A DNA stretch of 64,000 nt from an uncultured Armatimonadetes bacterium (GTDB lineage Bacteria; Armatimonadota; UBA5829; DTJY01), in NCBI GenBank assembly GCA_937875395.1, contig CALNCU010000227.1, positions 1,297 to 65,296 of the forward strand. Reading direction: 5' to 3'. Below, one piece after another: positions 1 to 10,652 of the stretch; position 1 is the first letter of the stretch; each line of letters opens with the position of its first letter. The notes beneath the pieces are model-generated. The model searched no databases and was not told where the DNA came from. It saw nothing but the letters and a program-made list of their open reading frames with translations. The position numbers and the translations under genes are program-made.

Positions 1-20
1 TCTGTTTTTACGGTTTTGGG

Positions 21-1319
21 TTATATATCCTGCGCGCGGGTATCCGCCTCTTTCCAGTTGCCGCGGGTGAAATCCGGGAAGGAGAGCGGTATGTTTTCGT
101 TGGTAATAGATATCTCAGAGAGCGCGCACGGAGCGCTCCATGCGGCTGCATCGTAGACGTCTATATCCGGCGCCATTCCGTTTCTGTAGAGCTGGATGAG
201 CCGGTAGTTCATTATAAAGTCCATGCCGCCGTGCCCGCCAAGCTCAAGGGCCTTCTCGCCGTGCTTCCTCCACAGGGAATGCTGGTACTGCTCTTTGTAT
301 GCATCCAGCTCTTCCCACTTATGCTCTTCGGATTTGCCGTCAAGGTAGACTCTGTGAGGCCATCCGCTGAATACTCCCTTTGTTCCCTGCACAAGGTTGA
401 GCCGGCTGTACGGCCTGGGGCTGACTACATCGTGCTCAAGCAGAATGGTGCGCCCCATCTCCGTCTGTATAAAAGAGAGGTTCATGTCTCCGCAAGAGTA
501 GGTCTCCTTAAGCTTTGGATCATCCTTTGCCAGCGTGGCATCCCTGTACTCCGACAGAGATGCGGAGAGGCTGCTCATGGAGACTATTTTTGTGAACCGG
601 TCGCCGCGGTTTACGTTCATATACCAGGCTACTGGGCCAAGGCCGTGGGTGGGGTACAGGTTGGCATCCCTGGTTTTGTGGGGTTCCCTGCGCCATAGAC
701 CCTCTCCCGTATCTCCCAGAAGGACGGCTCTAAGATCGTGGATGTATGCCGCCTCACCGTGGGTGATTGTACCAAGCAGGCCTTTGCGAACCATGCTCAG
801 CGCCAGCATCTCCTCTGCTCCGTAGCAGCAATTTTCAAGCATTATGCAGTGCTTGCGGGTGCGCTCTGATGTATCTACCAGTTTCCAGCACCCTTCTATT
901 GTAGTTGCCGCCGGGACTTCTACCGCAACATGCTTGCCGCACTCCATGGCGTATACTGCCACCGGCACGTGCATGTTCCACGGCGAGCAGGTGTATACCA
1001 GGTCTACATCACTGCGCTCGCAGAGTCTCTGCCAATCCGTCTCAATGGCGGGTTCCGGCTGTCCCTTTTCTACAACTTCATCCCTGGCTCTTGTTATGTT
1101 ATCTTGAGATATATCGTTAATGGCGGTTATCTGCGCGCCCTCTACTGCCAGCATCTCCTTAAGCTGCCCGTATCCGCGGCCGCCTAAGCCTATAAACCCA
1201 ACACGCACCACGTCCCGCTTCTCAAACGGCACTCCCAGCATTGTTGCTCCCTGCCGGGGCGGTACTATATCCACAGATGCCGGTGATTCTCTTTTGCTGC
1301 TTTCAAAATAGATTGCCAT
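21..1319 (-). CDS. Gfo/Idh/MocA-family NAD-binding oxidoreductase, GH109-like (alpha-N-acetylgalactosaminidase-like)
   Basis: N-terminal Rossmann GFIGLGGRG motif and ~430 aa length typical of GH109/Gfo-Idh-MocA. Start ATG at 1319 (MAIYFE) with GAGGGA RBS; the ORF-track start at 1373 is an upstream in-frame codon. Confidence 0.55.
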   Translation of the reverse strand: MAIYFESSKRESPASVDIVPPRQGATMLGVPFEKRDVVRVGFIGLGGRGYGQLKEMLAVEGAQITAINDISQDNITRARDEVVEKGQPEPAIETDWQRLCERSDVDLVYTCSPWNMHVPVAVYAMECGKHVAVEVPAATTIEGCWKLVDTSERTRKHCIMLENCCYGAEEMLALSMVRKGLLGTITHGEAAYIHDLRAVLLGDTGEGLWRREPHKTRDANLYPTHGLGPVAWYMNVNRGDRFTKIVSMSSLSASLSEYRDATLAKDDPKLKETYSCGDMNLSFIQTEMGRTILLEHDVVSPRPYSRLNLVQGTKGVFSGWPHRVYLDGKSEEHKWEELDAYKEQYQHSLWRKHGEKALELGGHGGMDFIMNYRLIQLYRNGMAPDIDVYDAAAWSAPCALSEISITNENIPLSFPDFTRGNWKEADTRAQDI

Positions 1320-1482
1320 TATTCTTCCATCCCTCAAATGGTTTGCACTGAACCGCTGCGCACAGCTGTTCAAAGCGTTAATTATAGAGCAGTGCTGTTT
1401 TTAATCCCTTTGGGCTGGCACCCCTCTGGTAGACTCCTTGCATTCTAAGCCGACTCATCCATAATGTCAAGGCTATCTTGGT

Positions 1483-2361
1483 TTAAAGTTTGCCCGGCAG
1501 CGCAACTATAACGGCGCAGGCCGCCGCCCAGAGAATAATATCTGCAAGGAGCGGCTTATCTAAGATGATAAGCAACTCTGGACTGCCGGCGCCCTTGCCC
1601 TTATGTACCAGCAGTATATACCGGAATATTCCGTATATAACAAACGGCAGAGTTGCCATAAGATAAGGGTGTTCCTCTCCGGTCTGGGAGAAGAATGTGT
1701 AGAGGGCATAGGCCATGATTGTAGATGAAGCGGTGATGTTTATTAGCTGATCCAGAAACGGAACAGAATATTCTGCCAGGCATAATCGGTGATCCGGCGC
1801 CTTCTCACGAAGGGATTCAAGCTCGTCACGGCGCTTGGCCAGGCTTATAAAAAGGGCAATGAGAATGGTACAGATAAGGAGCCACGGGGAGATGATTGCG
1901 CCTATAACGGTAGTTCCGGCAACCGCCCTAAGTACAAAGCCTGCTGCAACGGTTATAACATCAAGCAGCACCACCTGTTTTAGAACAGTTGTGTATGCCA
2001 GCGTGAGCGCCAGGTAAAAGATTGCCACGCAGCCAAACGCAGGGTCAAGCATAAAAGATGCGGATGTTCCCGCCAGTACAAGCAGGGCCGCAAAAGACCA
2101 GGCGGCGCCCGGGCCTAACATTCCGCTTGCTATGGGGCGCTTGCATTTTGAAGGATGCACACGGTCTTGCTCTCTATCCAGAATATCATTTACAATGTAG
2201 CCGGCGCCGGATAGGATGCAGAAGATTATAAACGCCGCAAGTGTTTTTGCGTAGTCTGCCGCAGGGTGGTACTTATCCAGAGTGAAGAGGAGCCCCGCAA
2301 AGATAAAAAAGTTCTTTGACCATTGGCGGGGCCTCATGCTTTGAATCAGGGCTGTTATCAA
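1483..2361 (-). CDS. UbiA-family prenyltransferase (decaprenyl-phosphate phosphoribosyltransferase-like)
   Basis: Multi-TM protein with the NDILDREQDRVHP Asp-rich motif of UbiA/DPPRS-type transferases. Codon at 2361 is TTG; an alternative ATG at 2337 gives MRPRQWSKN. Confidence 0.7.
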   Translation of the reverse strand: MITALIQSMRPRQWSKNFFIFAGLLFTLDKYHPAADYAKTLAAFIIFCILSGAGYIVNDILDREQDRVHPSKCKRPIASGMLGPGAAWSFAALLVLAGTSASFMLDPAFGCVAIFYLALTLAYTTVLKQVVLLDVITVAAGFVLRAVAGTTVIGAIISPWLLICTILIALFISLAKRRDELESLREKAPDHRLCLAEYSVPFLDQLINITASSTIMAYALYTFFSQTGEEHPYLMATLPFVIYGIFRYILLVHKGKGAGSPELLIILDKPLLADIILWAAACAVIVALPGKL

Positions 2362-2370
2362 CTTCTTTGC

Positions 2371-3279
2371 CTATTCATTCACCTGTACTTTTATAACGGA
2401 CTTTGCCGGTTTTTTTATGCCAAAGAAATCTGTGCAGGTGAGCGTTACGTTATAGGTGCCGGGTTTGGTAAACTGGTGGTACATCGTGCTCTCTGCAGAA
2501 TCTTCCCCTATGCCGTCGCTATCGTCAAAATCCCAGGAGTAAAGGACGCTGGATGTGCCGGATTTACACTTGCCGGTAAAGAGCGCCTTATCGTTTCTGG
2601 CAACTTCGCGGTTTGCTCCGGCGGTTGGCTCAAGCGGAGCGGAATCCTGCACCAGTTTTATCTGGGTTACTGTAAAGGGGTCTGTTCCATTCCCGCAGAT
2701 AACCAGCCGCGCAAGTTTGTACTCCTTTGCTTCAAGAGCGCCTTTAAGCAGCGTGAGGGGGAAGGAGACGGGGAGGCAGCCGTTATCTGCAGGGCTGAAA
2801 CCGCCTGTGTCAACCTGAAGTTCCATGCCTGTGCCGTCTTCAAGAAAAGCCATTACCTGCAGGCGTCCAACAGTCTTTCCGGGCTGGGCGTCTTTTTTTA
2901 TCTGCCCGGGGTCCGGCGCCAAAAGAGCGGCGGCCCACTCATCATCCCGGCTTTGAGCCGCGGCCTGCATGCCAAGCAGGCGGACCATAATCTGCAGGTA
3001 TGTGTGAGGTGTGTTAAAGGCTGCAGTAAGGTCTGCCGGTTTGGCAAAACTTAAGCATCCCCCGGTGTAGAGTTCTTTGGAATTAATCTCTATGGCCTGG
3101 TTGGAGAGTTTTGCCGTGCCCATGCCCCAGCCGGAGAGCTTCACCCCTTCTGGGAGTTGGGCGCCGCCTGCGTAGATAACAGTTGGTGCGGGAGCAGCCA
3201 CCTGTGCCCCTGCTGCTGTTAAAAGAGAGAGGCAGCACAGTATAAGAACGGTAAGAATTGCACTTTTCTTCAAGCTCAT
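2371..3279 (-). CDS. secreted hypothetical protein with C-terminal PKD-like domain
   Basis: Signal peptide (MSLKKSAILTVLILCCLSLLTAAGA), C-terminal WDFDDSDG...YNVTLTCTD PKD-like segment, AGAGGAG RBS 7 nt upstream of ATG 3279. Confidence 0.5.
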   Translation of the reverse strand: MSLKKSAILTVLILCCLSLLTAAGAQVAAPAPTVIYAGGAQLPEGVKLSGWGMGTAKLSNQAIEINSKELYTGGCLSFAKPADLTAAFNTPHTYLQIMVRLLGMQAAAQSRDDEWAAALLAPDPGQIKKDAQPGKTVGRLQVMAFLEDGTGMELQVDTGGFSPADNGCLPVSFPLTLLKGALEAKEYKLARLVICGNGTDPFTVTQIKLVQDSAPLEPTAGANREVARNDKALFTGKCKSGTSSVLYSWDFDDSDGIGEDSAESTMYHQFTKPGTYNVTLTCTDFFGIKKPAKSVIKVQVNE

Positions 3280-3311
3280 CGAAATACTCCTCTGATGAGT
3301 TGTGTGCCCGG

Positions 3312-4088
3312 TTAGACTACAAACTGCAACCGCTCTATATGCGTTGCATGTCCGCCGGGTTCTACATCTACTGCCACGGCAGAGAAGATGGAGGGACCGT
3401 CCGCCACCTCAAATCTGCTGGGCATATGGTTTAGAAACTTGTTTATAATCAGTTCCTTGCGAACCCCTATCACGGAATCTCTGGGGCCGGTCATGCCTGC
3501 ATCCGTAATATATGCCGTTCCGTTTGGAAGGATTCTTTCATCTGCGGTTTGCACGTGCGTGTGCGTGCCTATAACCGCAGATACCCTGCCGTCCATATAC
3601 CAGGCGAAGGCCACTTTCTCTGATGTGGCCTCGCCGTGGAAATCTACTATTATTACCTTTGTCTGAAGAGAGAGCAGCTTCAGGGCATCATCCGCAGATT
3701 TAAACGGATTGTCCAGGCTGTCCATAAAGACTCTTCCACAAAGATTGATTACGCCAACAGCCTGGCCGCCCTTAGTGGTATAGACCGCCCAGCCTCTGCC
3801 GGGAACGTCGCTTGGGTAGTTTGCCGGACGTACTATGGATTGTTCCTGGTCTATGTAGGTGTGCGAGTCTTTTTTTGACCAAGCATGGTTCCCAAGCGTT
3901 ATTACGTTTACCCCGGAGGCGAATATTGAGCTTGCCGTATCTTTGGTTATCCCAACTCCGCCTGCGGCGTTCTCTGCATTTGCAACTACAAAGTCCGGCA
4001 GGTACTCTTCACAAATCCTGGGGAGCATCTGCGCTACTGCGCATCTCCCCGGCTCTCCCACTATATCGCCGATGAATAGAATTTTCAA
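3312..4088 (-). CDS. ymdB: YmdB-family metallophosphoesterase (2',3'-cyclic-nucleotide phosphodiesterase)
   Basis: KILFIGDIVGEPG...GNHAW metallophosphoesterase motifs. Immediately downstream of rny as in Bacillus. Likely TTG start at 4088 (GGAAAGGTG RBS); the ATG at 4109 has no RBS. Confidence 0.8.
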   Translation of the reverse strand: MKILFIGDIVGEPGRCAVAQMLPRICEEYLPDFVVANAENAAGGVGITKDTASSIFASGVNVITLGNHAWSKKDSHTYIDQEQSIVRPANYPSDVPGRGWAVYTTKGGQAVGVINLCGRVFMDSLDNPFKSADDALKLLSLQTKVIIVDFHGEATSEKVAFAWYMDGRVSAVIGTHTHVQTADERILPNGTAYITDAGMTGPRDSVIGVRKELIINKFLNHMPSRFEVADGPSIFSAVAVDVEPGGHATHIERLQFVV

Positions 4089-4167
4089 CAAAGAGCACCT
4101 TTCCGGCATATGAAACGCATATCACAATGCGTTCCGGCGGACGGGGGATATCCCTCATCCTTATTAG

Positions 4168-5712
4168 TTACTTGGCGTAGTCTACGCTTCTTGTCTCCCG
4201 GATTACCGTCACCTTTATCTGGCCAGGGTATTCCATCTCTTCTTCTATCTTTTTTGCGGTATCATGCGCAAGCTTTGCGGCCGCTACATCGTCTATCTCC
4301 GTGGGTTTTACCATTACCCTTATCTCACGGCCTGCCTGGACTGCATAGGTCTTTTCTACGCCGGAGAAGGAATCTGCTATGGTTTCAAGCCGTTGCAGAC
4401 GCTTAACGTAGGTTTCCAGGGTTTCGCGGCGGGCTCCGGGCCTTGCGGCAGAGATGGCATCCGCCACGGAGACTATTACCGCTTCCATGGTCTCCTGAGG
4501 TTCGTCGCCGTGATGTGCGCCTACGGCCTTTATAACTTCAGGATGCTCATTCATTTTGCGGCAGATGTCTGCGCCTATGGTGGCGTGCGGGCCTTCTACC
4601 TCAAAGTCTACGGCTTTGCCCAGATCATGCAGAAGCCCGGCTCTTTTTGCAAGCGCTATGTTGCCCCCAATCTCCCCGGCTATGGCGCCGGCAAGGTGGG
4701 CCACCTCTATGGAGTGGTTCAGCACGCTCTGCCCATAGCTGGTTCTAAAGCGCAGGCGCCCAAGGAGTTTTATTATGTCCGGGTCCAGCGCGGTTACGCC
4801 CGTCTCAAAGATTGCCCGCTCTCCGGCCTCGCGCATTTTGGCTTCAACCTCTGCCTGGGCCTTGTTTATAACCTCTTCTATCCTGCCGGGGTGTATGCGT
4901 CCGTCAGAGATAAGGTTTGAGAGCGCAATCCTTGCAATTTCTCTTCTAACAGGGTCAAACCCGGAGAGCACAACTGCTTCCGGCGTATCGTCAATTATAA
5001 GGTCTACGCCCGTAAGCGTCTCAAAGGCACGGATGTTTCTGCCTTCCCGGCCTATAATCCTGCCCTTCATCTCGTCACCGGGCAGCGGGACTACCGAGAC
5101 GGTTGTTTCCGACGTCTGGTCTACTGCACAGCGTTGGATTGCAAGGGTTACTACCTCTCTTGCGCGCTTATCGGCCTCTTCCTTTGCCTGAGCCTCTATA
5201 TCCCGGATGAGGCGCGCTGCATCATGCTTGGCGTCATCCTCTATGGATTTTAGATATATGGTTCGGGCCTCGTCTTCTGAGAGCCCGGATATTCTTTGCA
5301 GTTCTGATCTCTGCTCTTTAAGCAGCGCTTCCAGTTCTACGCGCAGCTTTTCTGTATCCTGTTCTTTGCTTGTGAGGGAAGCTTCCTTCCGCTCAAGGTT
5401 TTCTAATCTTCTGTCTAGGGTCTCTTCTTTTTGCGTTAGCCTTCGCTCTAGCCTCTGAATTTCCGATTTTCTTTCACGGTTTTCATGTTCAATTTCGGCC
5501 CTCATTCTGTGGGCCTCGTCCTTTGCCTCCAGGAGAACTTCTTTCCGCTTGGTCTGAAGCTCCTTATCAGTCTGTTCCCTTAGCTGGAGGGCTTCTGCCA
5601 GTTTATCTTCTGCTTTGCGTCTTTCTGGTTTTAACCAGAACAGGAATCCAAGGACTAATATTACTGCCGATGCCAGAAGGCATGCGGCCATTTCTGTTAT
5701 TGTTGTAGACAT
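4168..5712 (-). CDS. rny: ribonuclease Y
   Basis: N-terminal TM helix, long coiled-coil, KH domain ([15 protein letters not shown]) and HD domain ([11 protein letters not shown]...LLHDLGK). 514 aa. GGGAGGTGAGG RBS. Confidence 0.9.
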   Translation of the reverse strand: MSTTITEMAACLLASAVILVLGFLFWLKPERRKAEDKLAEALQLREQTDKELQTKRKEVLLEAKDEAHRMRAEIEHENRERKSEIQRLERRLTQKEETLDRRLENLERKEASLTSKEQDTEKLRVELEALLKEQRSELQRISGLSEDEARTIYLKSIEDDAKHDAARLIRDIEAQAKEEADKRAREVVTLAIQRCAVDQTSETTVSVVPLPGDEMKGRIIGREGRNIRAFETLTGVDLIIDDTPEAVVLSGFDPVRREIARIALSNLISDGRIHPGRIEEVINKAQAEVEAKMREAGERAIFETGVTALDPDIIKLLGRLRFRTSYGQSVLNHSIEVAHLAGAIAGEIGGNIALAKRAGLLHDLGKAVDFEVEGPHATIGADICRKMNEHPEVIKAVGAHHGDEPQETMEAVIVSVADAISAARPGARRETLETYVKRLQRLETIADSFSGVEKTYAVQAGREIRVMVKPTEIDDVAAAKLAHDTAKKIEEEMEYPGQIKVTVIRETRSVDYAK

Positions 5713-5838
5713 AAGGTCTGCCTCACCTCCCGTAGTTTGGGTATGAGGTAGAGCGATTAGAACTTTTGTTCAGGCTAATTTGGGGGAGGCTGACGCCTCT
5801 GCCCGTGTAATTTTCTGGTTTGCGCCGAATCTGCGGGA

Positions 5839-6486
5839 TTATTCATCCTCATCATCGGCTGCAAGTTGGTTTACTGTTTTTTTTATAACATCCCATCCAA
5901 AACCCTGCCTCTGCAGGTAGGATGCCAGCCGCCTGCGTTTTACGCTCACATCCGGGCTGCGGTCTTTATCCCATTTTGCGCGCGCCGCGCGTGCGGCCAA
6001 TTTGTACTCTGTTTCTTCGTCTATCTCCGAAAGGGCCTCTTCTACCAGATCAGCATCTATGCCCTTTTGACGGAGTTCCCATTTGATACGTGTTTTCCCA
6101 ATGCTCCTGCCGGCAGACCGGCTTTCTACCCAGCTTTGGGAAAACCGGGCGTCATCCACAAGTCCCATTTCTGAAAGACGCACCAGCACTTCTTCTATAA
6201 TGTCTTCAGCAAAACCGGCCAGACGTAGGCGGCGGGCAAGCTCTGCCCGGCTTCGGGCCCGGTACTCCAGCAGGCGGAGTGCGCGTTCCCTTGCTTTTAC
6301 AAGGAGCTCTGTGCGCACAACTCTGCCAAGTTCCTCTTCGCTTATCTCCTGCCCAACGTGCAGGCCCAGATCGGCGATTACGGTTTCATCTACGCCAAGA
6401 GCAAACCTGCCGTTTATAAAGATGGAACGGCGGTTTCCCCTTCTTTCCTGCGCATCTATTGCCGTTATTTTTTGCCTGGGTGACAT
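5839..6486 (-). CDS. recX: recombination regulator RecX
   Basis: 215 aa, Arg-rich helical-repeat protein, directly downstream of recA. Typical RecX size and composition. Confidence 0.85.
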   Translation of the reverse strand: MSPRQKITAIDAQERRGNRRSIFINGRFALGVDETVIADLGLHVGQEISEEELGRVVRTELLVKARERALRLLEYRARSRAELARRLRLAGFAEDIIEEVLVRLSEMGLVDDARFSQSWVESRSAGRSIGKTRIKWELRQKGIDADLVEEALSEIDEETEYKLAARAARAKWDKDRSPDVSVKRRRLASYLQRQGFGWDVIKKTVNQLAADDEDE

Positions 6487-6501
6487 TTAACCCCGTCCAG
6501 T

Positions 6502-7530
6502 TTACTCCTCTGTTGCAGATGCCTTATCCGCAGGCAGAATGGCTATTCCCTCTGCACGAATTCTGGCTTCTATCTCTTCCATCAGTTCAGCGTGCTCTTC
6601 CAGGAACTGCTTGGCGTTCTCCCGGCCCTGGCCCAGACGGGTGTCTCCGTAGGCGAACCATGTGCCCATCTTTGAGACCATGCCCATCTCTGTGCCCATA
6701 TCCAGGATTCCGCCGGATTTGGAGATGCCTTTGCCGAACATGATGTCGAACTCCGCCTGTCTGAATGGCGGGGCAACCTTGTTTTTTACTACTTTTACGC
6801 GTACCCGGTTGCCAATCATGTCGCTGCCCTGCTTAAGGGTTTCAACGCGGCGAACCTCCAGCCGGACGCTTGACCAGAATTTAAGGGCGCGTCCGCCGGG
6901 TGTTGTCTCCGGGTTGCCAAACATTACGCCTATCTTCTCTCTTATCTGATTAATGAAGATAGCCGCAGTGTTGGATTTGGAGACGGACCCGCCTATCTTT
7001 CGGAGCGCCTGAGACATCAGCCGTGCCTGAAGGCCCATGTGGGAATCTCCCATTTCGCCTTCTATCTCTGCTTTGGGTACAAGTGCCGCTACAGAGTCCA
7101 GCACAACCACGTCTACGGCGCCGCTTCTGATAAACGCATCTACAATCTCCAGAGCCTCTTCTCCGGTATCCGGTTGGGAGATCAGAAGCTGGTCTACGTC
7201 TACGCCCAGGTTTTTTGCATACACCGGGTCTACGGCGTGTTCTGCATCTACAAAAGCAGCTATTCCGCCGCGCCGTTGCACTTCTGCCACAAGATGGTAG
7301 CCTAGTGTGGTCTTTCCGGAAGATTCCTGGCCGTAGATTTCTGTTATTCTGCCCCTTGGGATACCGCCTACGCCCAGCGCTATATCAAGCGCCAGGGAAC
7401 CGGTAGGGACAATATCCACCGCAAGGCGCGAGGAATCTCCCAAGCGCATTACGGTGCCTTTCCCAAATTGTTTTTCCAGGCGGCTGAGTGTAAGTTCCAG
7501 CGCCTGCTGTTTTTCTTTACCTTTTTCCAA
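6502..7530 (-). CDS. recA: recombinase RecA
   Basis: Walker [35 protein letters not shown] and other hallmark RecA motifs. 342 aa. Confidence 0.95.
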   Translation of the reverse strand: MEKGKEKQQALELTLSRLEKQFGKGTVMRLGDSSRLAVDIVPTGSLALDIALGVGGIPRGRITEIYGQESSGKTTLGYHLVAEVQRRGGIAAFVDAEHAVDPVYAKNLGVDVDQLLISQPDTGEEALEIVDAFIRSGAVDVVVLDSVAALVPKAEIEGEMGDSHMGLQARLMSQALRKIGGSVSKSNTAAIFINQIREKIGVMFGNPETTPGGRALKFWSSVRLEVRRVETLKQGSDMIGNRVRVKVVKNKVAPPFRQAEFDIMFGKGISKSGGILDMGTEMGMVSKMGTWFAYGDTRLGQGRENAKQFLEEHAELMEEIEARIRAEGIAILPADKASATEE

Positions 7531-7643
7531 GGTACTCTCCTCTCCATGTGGATAGGAAGAATTATGCGGCTGCCGGCTACCGTAGGATTTATCCCGGCGC
7601 CTGCCGCCCGCATTATTGCCGTTTTGCCAAACCGCTCTATCTG

Positions 7644-8213
7644 CTAAGCCTTAAGCTCATACTCCGCCATTGCAGAATACACCGCGCCGGACGGAGTGAG
7701 CCGGCTCTTCATAATAGAGACGGTATCTACCGTGAAGGTACCTGCCTCCACATGTTTAAGTTTTTCAAGGGATGCGGAAAGCTTTTGCATCCCCACGGGT
7801 GTTTTAACCCGTCCTACCGTTATATGCGGGTTGAACTTTCGCTCTTCGCGCGGAAACCCTGCTTCTTCTGCAAAGGATTCCACCCGCCCGGCCAGCGTCT
7901 CCAGCTCTTTTACGCCGGATGTAACGCCAACCCACACAACGCTGGGCCTAACTATCTTTGGGAAGGCCCCCGCGCCGCCTATTGATACTGCAAACGGGGC
8001 AATTCCGCACGCCGCCTGCTCTACTGCGGTATTAAGAGCGGCCAGGCGCATAGGTTCTACTGCGCCTATAAACTTTATGGTTATGTGCAGGCTCTCTTCC
8101 GGTGCCCACTTTACATCTGCGCCGGATTCTTTAAGGCTGTTCCCTGCATCTGCCACCCTGTGCCGTATTCTCTCCGGCAGTCTTACCGCAATAAAGGTTC
8201 TAATCTTTTCCAT
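7644..8213 (-). CDS. thpR: RNA 2',3'-cyclic phosphodiesterase ThpR/LigT (2H phosphoesterase)
   Basis: Two H-x-T-x motifs (HITIKF, HITVGR), ~190 aa. ATG at 8213; the ORF-track first codon at 8219 is TTG and would overlap cinA by 20 nt. Confidence 0.75.
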   Translation of the reverse strand: MEKIRTFIAVRLPERIRHRVADAGNSLKESGADVKWAPEESLHITIKFIGAVEPMRLAALNTAVEQAACGIAPFAVSIGGAGAFPKIVRPSVVWVGVTSGVKELETLAGRVESFAEEAGFPREERKFNPHITVGRVKTPVGMQKLSASLEKLKHVEAGTFTVDTVSIMKSRLTPSGAVYSAMAEYELKA

Positions 8214-9450
8214 GCTCAATAAGGTGCATTCTAAGCTGGTTCAGGGCCGCCTGCGATGCACGCCACTTTACATCCTCACGGTTTCCGCCCAGAATGTTTT
8301 TAGTACAGAGGTCGCCAAAGGGCGTTTTTATCCCAATGTAGACCAGCCCAACCGGTTTCTCCCGGGTTCCGCCTCCGGGCCCGGCAATGCCGGTTATCCC
8401 TATTGCTATATCTGCCCCCGTGCGTTCTGCCGCTCCGCGGGCCATGGCTTCCGCAACCTCCGGGCTTACGGCTCCCACTTTGCGTATCATGCCTTCCGGC
8501 ACGCCCAGGAGGGTTGTTTTTGCCTTGTTTGCATATGCCACAATTCCGGCCAGGAGGGTTTTGGAACTCCCCGGAACGTTTGTGATTCTGTGAGATACAA
8601 TGCCGCCCGTGCAGGATTCTGCAAGCGCCAGGGTAAGCCCGCGCCCTTCCAGCATGCGCACAAGAACAGATTCCAGCATGTCGTTATCAGTGCCGTAGAC
8701 ACAGCGGCCCAGAATCCCTCTGGCGCGAGCCTCCATGCCAAGAATCTTCTCTAAGGCAGAATCCTTATCCGGCGCCTTTGCCGTTATACGGAAGTGAACT
8801 TCGCCGGATTTGGCGTACGGTGCAATGGTGGGGTCTTTGCTGTGGATGAGGTCTTTAATCTTCTCTTCCGCTGCGGATTCCCCAATGCCTGCAACCTTGA
8901 GCGTTCTGGATAGAATAATTGCCGGTGCGCCGCCGGACTTTTTGCTGAGGTAGGGGATGACAGAGTCTTCCAGCATGGGGATGAACTCCCCGGGAGGCCC
9001 CGGAAGTGCAACGGCAATTTTACCGTTTTTTTCCAGGATTATCCCGGGCGCCGTGCCCGTGCTGTTTGCTATCGCAATGCTGGTTTCCGGCTTAAGGGCC
9101 TGTTTAAGGTTGCTCTCTGCAATATGTGCGCCCCGCCTTGCAAAGAAATCTCTTATGGATTTCTCGCTTGCGGGGTCTGCTACCATCTGCTCGCCAAAGA
9201 CCTGAGCAATGGTCTCTTTTGTAAGATCGTCCTCTGTGGGGCCCAGCCCGCCGATGGTTATAACAATGTCTGCCCGGCCTATTGCCTCTTTAAGTGCGTC
9301 TGCAAGGCGGGCGGTATTATCTCCAACCGTTACACGATAGTAAACATCTATTCCCAGAGTGGAGAGCTGCCTGCTTAAATACGGAGCGTTGGTATCTACT
9401 ATATCTCCCAGGAGCAGCTCTGTTCCCACCGAGATTATCTCAGCGCGCAC
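8200..9450 (-). CDS. cinA: competence/damage-inducible protein CinA (MoCF-binding plus PncC-like NMN deamidase domains)
   Basis: AEIISVGTELLLG N-terminus and C-terminal CinA/PncC domain. Probable GTG start at 9450 preceded by GGAGGA RBS (giving MRAEIISVG...); the ATG at 9477 lacks an RBS. Confidence 0.8.
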   Translation of the reverse strand: MRAEIISVGTELLLGDIVDTNAPYLSRQLSTLGIDVYYRVTVGDNTARLADALKEAIGRADIVITIGGLGPTEDDLTKETIAQVFGEQMVADPASEKSIRDFFARRGAHIAESNLKQALKPETSIAIANSTGTAPGIILEKNGKIAVALPGPPGEFIPMLEDSVIPYLSKKSGGAPAIILSRTLKVAGIGESAAEEKIKDLIHSKDPTIAPYAKSGEVHFRITAKAPDKDSALEKILGMEARARGILGRCVYGTDNDMLESVLVRMLEGRGLTLALAESCTGGIVSHRITNVPGSSKTLLAGIVAYANKAKTTLLGVPEGMIRKVGAVSPEVAEAMARGAAERTGADIAIGITGIAGPGGGTREKPVGLVYIGIKTPFGDLCTKNILGGNREDVKWRASQAALNQLRMHLIEHGKD

Positions 9451-9575
9451 AAAATCCTCCGGTCTATCCAAGGGCATTATACTTTACTGCTGTACTAAAT
9501 TCAAGGTTTATTTTGCTTCATGGGGCCTGCCCTGCGAGCCCCGGGTTGGTGAAAATAAACTGTATTTACTTGTTA

Positions 9576-9604
9576 ATTATACACACATATCCCGGCTCTT
9601 TCCA
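9576..9604 (-). promoter_or_regulatory. candidate sigma-70 promoter for cinA-thpR-recA-recX-rny-ymdB
   Basis: On the minus strand, TGGAAA (9599-9604) then a 17-nt spacer then TATAAT (9576-9581), about 95 nt upstream of the cinA GTG. Prediction by eye. Confidence 0.35.
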
Positions 9605-9620
9605 GTCCGGCACAGGTTGT

Positions 9621-10652
9621 CTAGAACACCTTCCCGTCACGGCTGCGGAGAAGGTAGAGGAAGAAGAGGCTTCCAAGGACGCTTGTTACTATGCCTATGG
9701 GAACCTCTCCGCCGGGGATGATCACCCGGGCAAGCACGTCTGCCCAGACGAGTATAAGACCGCCGCCAAGCACGCAGGCCGGGAGGAGCACCCGGTGGTT
9801 TGGCCCCACAAGTAGACGCATAAGATGCGGAACTATAAGCCCCACAAACGCAATAATCCCGCTTACGGCAACAGAGGCCGCCGCAAGGGTGGATGCCACC
9901 AGAAGCAGCAGAACCTTTGTGCGCTCAAGTGGAACTCCAAGGCTGTGCGCGGTTTCATCTCCAAGGGCAAGGATGTTAAGGTCTTTCCGCCAGGCCATTG
10001 CAACCCCGAGCCCTAAAAGGGTGTACGGCAGAAGCGCAATAACGTGCGGCCAATCCCGGTTTGCAAGGCTCCCCATAAGCCAAGAGACTACTTCGCGCAG
10101 TTCGCTTGATGGGCGCTGGAGAAGAATAAATGTAGTAAAGGCCTGCATAATCCCCCCAACCGCAATTCCGGTAAGGAGAAGGGTGCCCACAGGCACTCTG
10201 CCCCCGCGCCGTGAGAGCCAGTAGACAAGAAGGGAGACAAAAAGCCCGCCAAGGAGTGCCGCAAAACACATGGCGTTTAGCCCAAGTACGCTTATCTCTA
10301 TTCCAAGCGCAAAGACGGTTACGGCTCCAAGCGCGGCGCCGGATGAGGCGCCAACCACGTATGGGTCTGCCATTGGGTTGTGAAAGAGGGATTGCATAAG
10401 CGCCCCGGCGGTGGCAAGGGAGGCGCCCACCAATAGCGCAAGGGCTATGCGCGGCAGGCGGAGGTTCCAGATAATGGCATCGCTGCCGCCGGAGATGGAT
10501 GAGCCGGTGATGTGGCTTAGTACAACCCGGATTATCTCTTTTGGGGAGACATCCGCCGCCCCCACTCCGGCAGAGAGTACGGCGCTTACAAAAAGCAGCA
10601 CAAGGAGAGCCATGAGCACAAGGCCGCGCCTCTTAGATGATATCTTTCTCAT
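9621..10652 (-). CDS. FecCD-family ABC transporter permease (iron-siderophore/cobalamin type)
   Basis: ~10 TM helices and the FecCD/BtuC signature regions, 343 aa. Its start shares one nucleotide with the ATPase gene stop. Confidence 0.85.
   Translation of the reverse strand: MRKISSKRRGLVLMALLVLLFVSAVLSAGVGAADVSPKEIIRVVLSHITGSSISGGSDAIIWNLRLPRIALALLVGASLATAGALMQSLFHNPMADPYVVGASSGAALGAVTVFALGIEISVLGLNAMCFAALLGGLFVSLLVYWLSRRGGRVPVGTLLLTGIAVGGIMQAFTTFILLQRPSSELREVVSWLMGSLANRDWPHVIALLPYTLLGLGVAMAWRKDLNILALGDETAHSLGVPLERTKVLLLLVASTLAAASVAVSGIIAFVGLIVPHLMRLLVGPNHRVLLPACVLGGGLILVWADVLARVIIPGGEVPIGIVTSVLGSLFFLYLLRSRDGKVF

Noticed and set aside
2323-3054. 243-aa ORF on the plus strand overlapping the secreted PKD-protein gene
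   Set aside because: It is antisense to a gene with a signal peptide and an RBS, and its Cys/Gly-rich low-complexity translation is typical of a GC-rich antisense frame.
7531-7643. LexA/SOS box upstream of recA or cinA
   Set aside because: No CTGT-N8-ACAG, GAAC-N4-GTTC or other clear inverted repeat was found in the recA or cinA upstream regions. The lineage-specific LexA motif is unknown, so absence is not conclusive.
7696-8754. Long antisense ORFs (7696-8754 +, 11482-12375 +, 21699-22562 +, 36711-37445 -, 40744-41607 -, 54733-55293 +, 63088-63915 +, 15595-16251 + and others)
   Set aside because: Each lies entirely opposite a strongly supported gene (thpR/cinA, SBP, RsbU-like, DegT, Gfo/Idh/MocA, GT2, NAGPA-like, GH84-like). 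They have no recognisable motifs, and high-GC DNA produces long spurious open frames.
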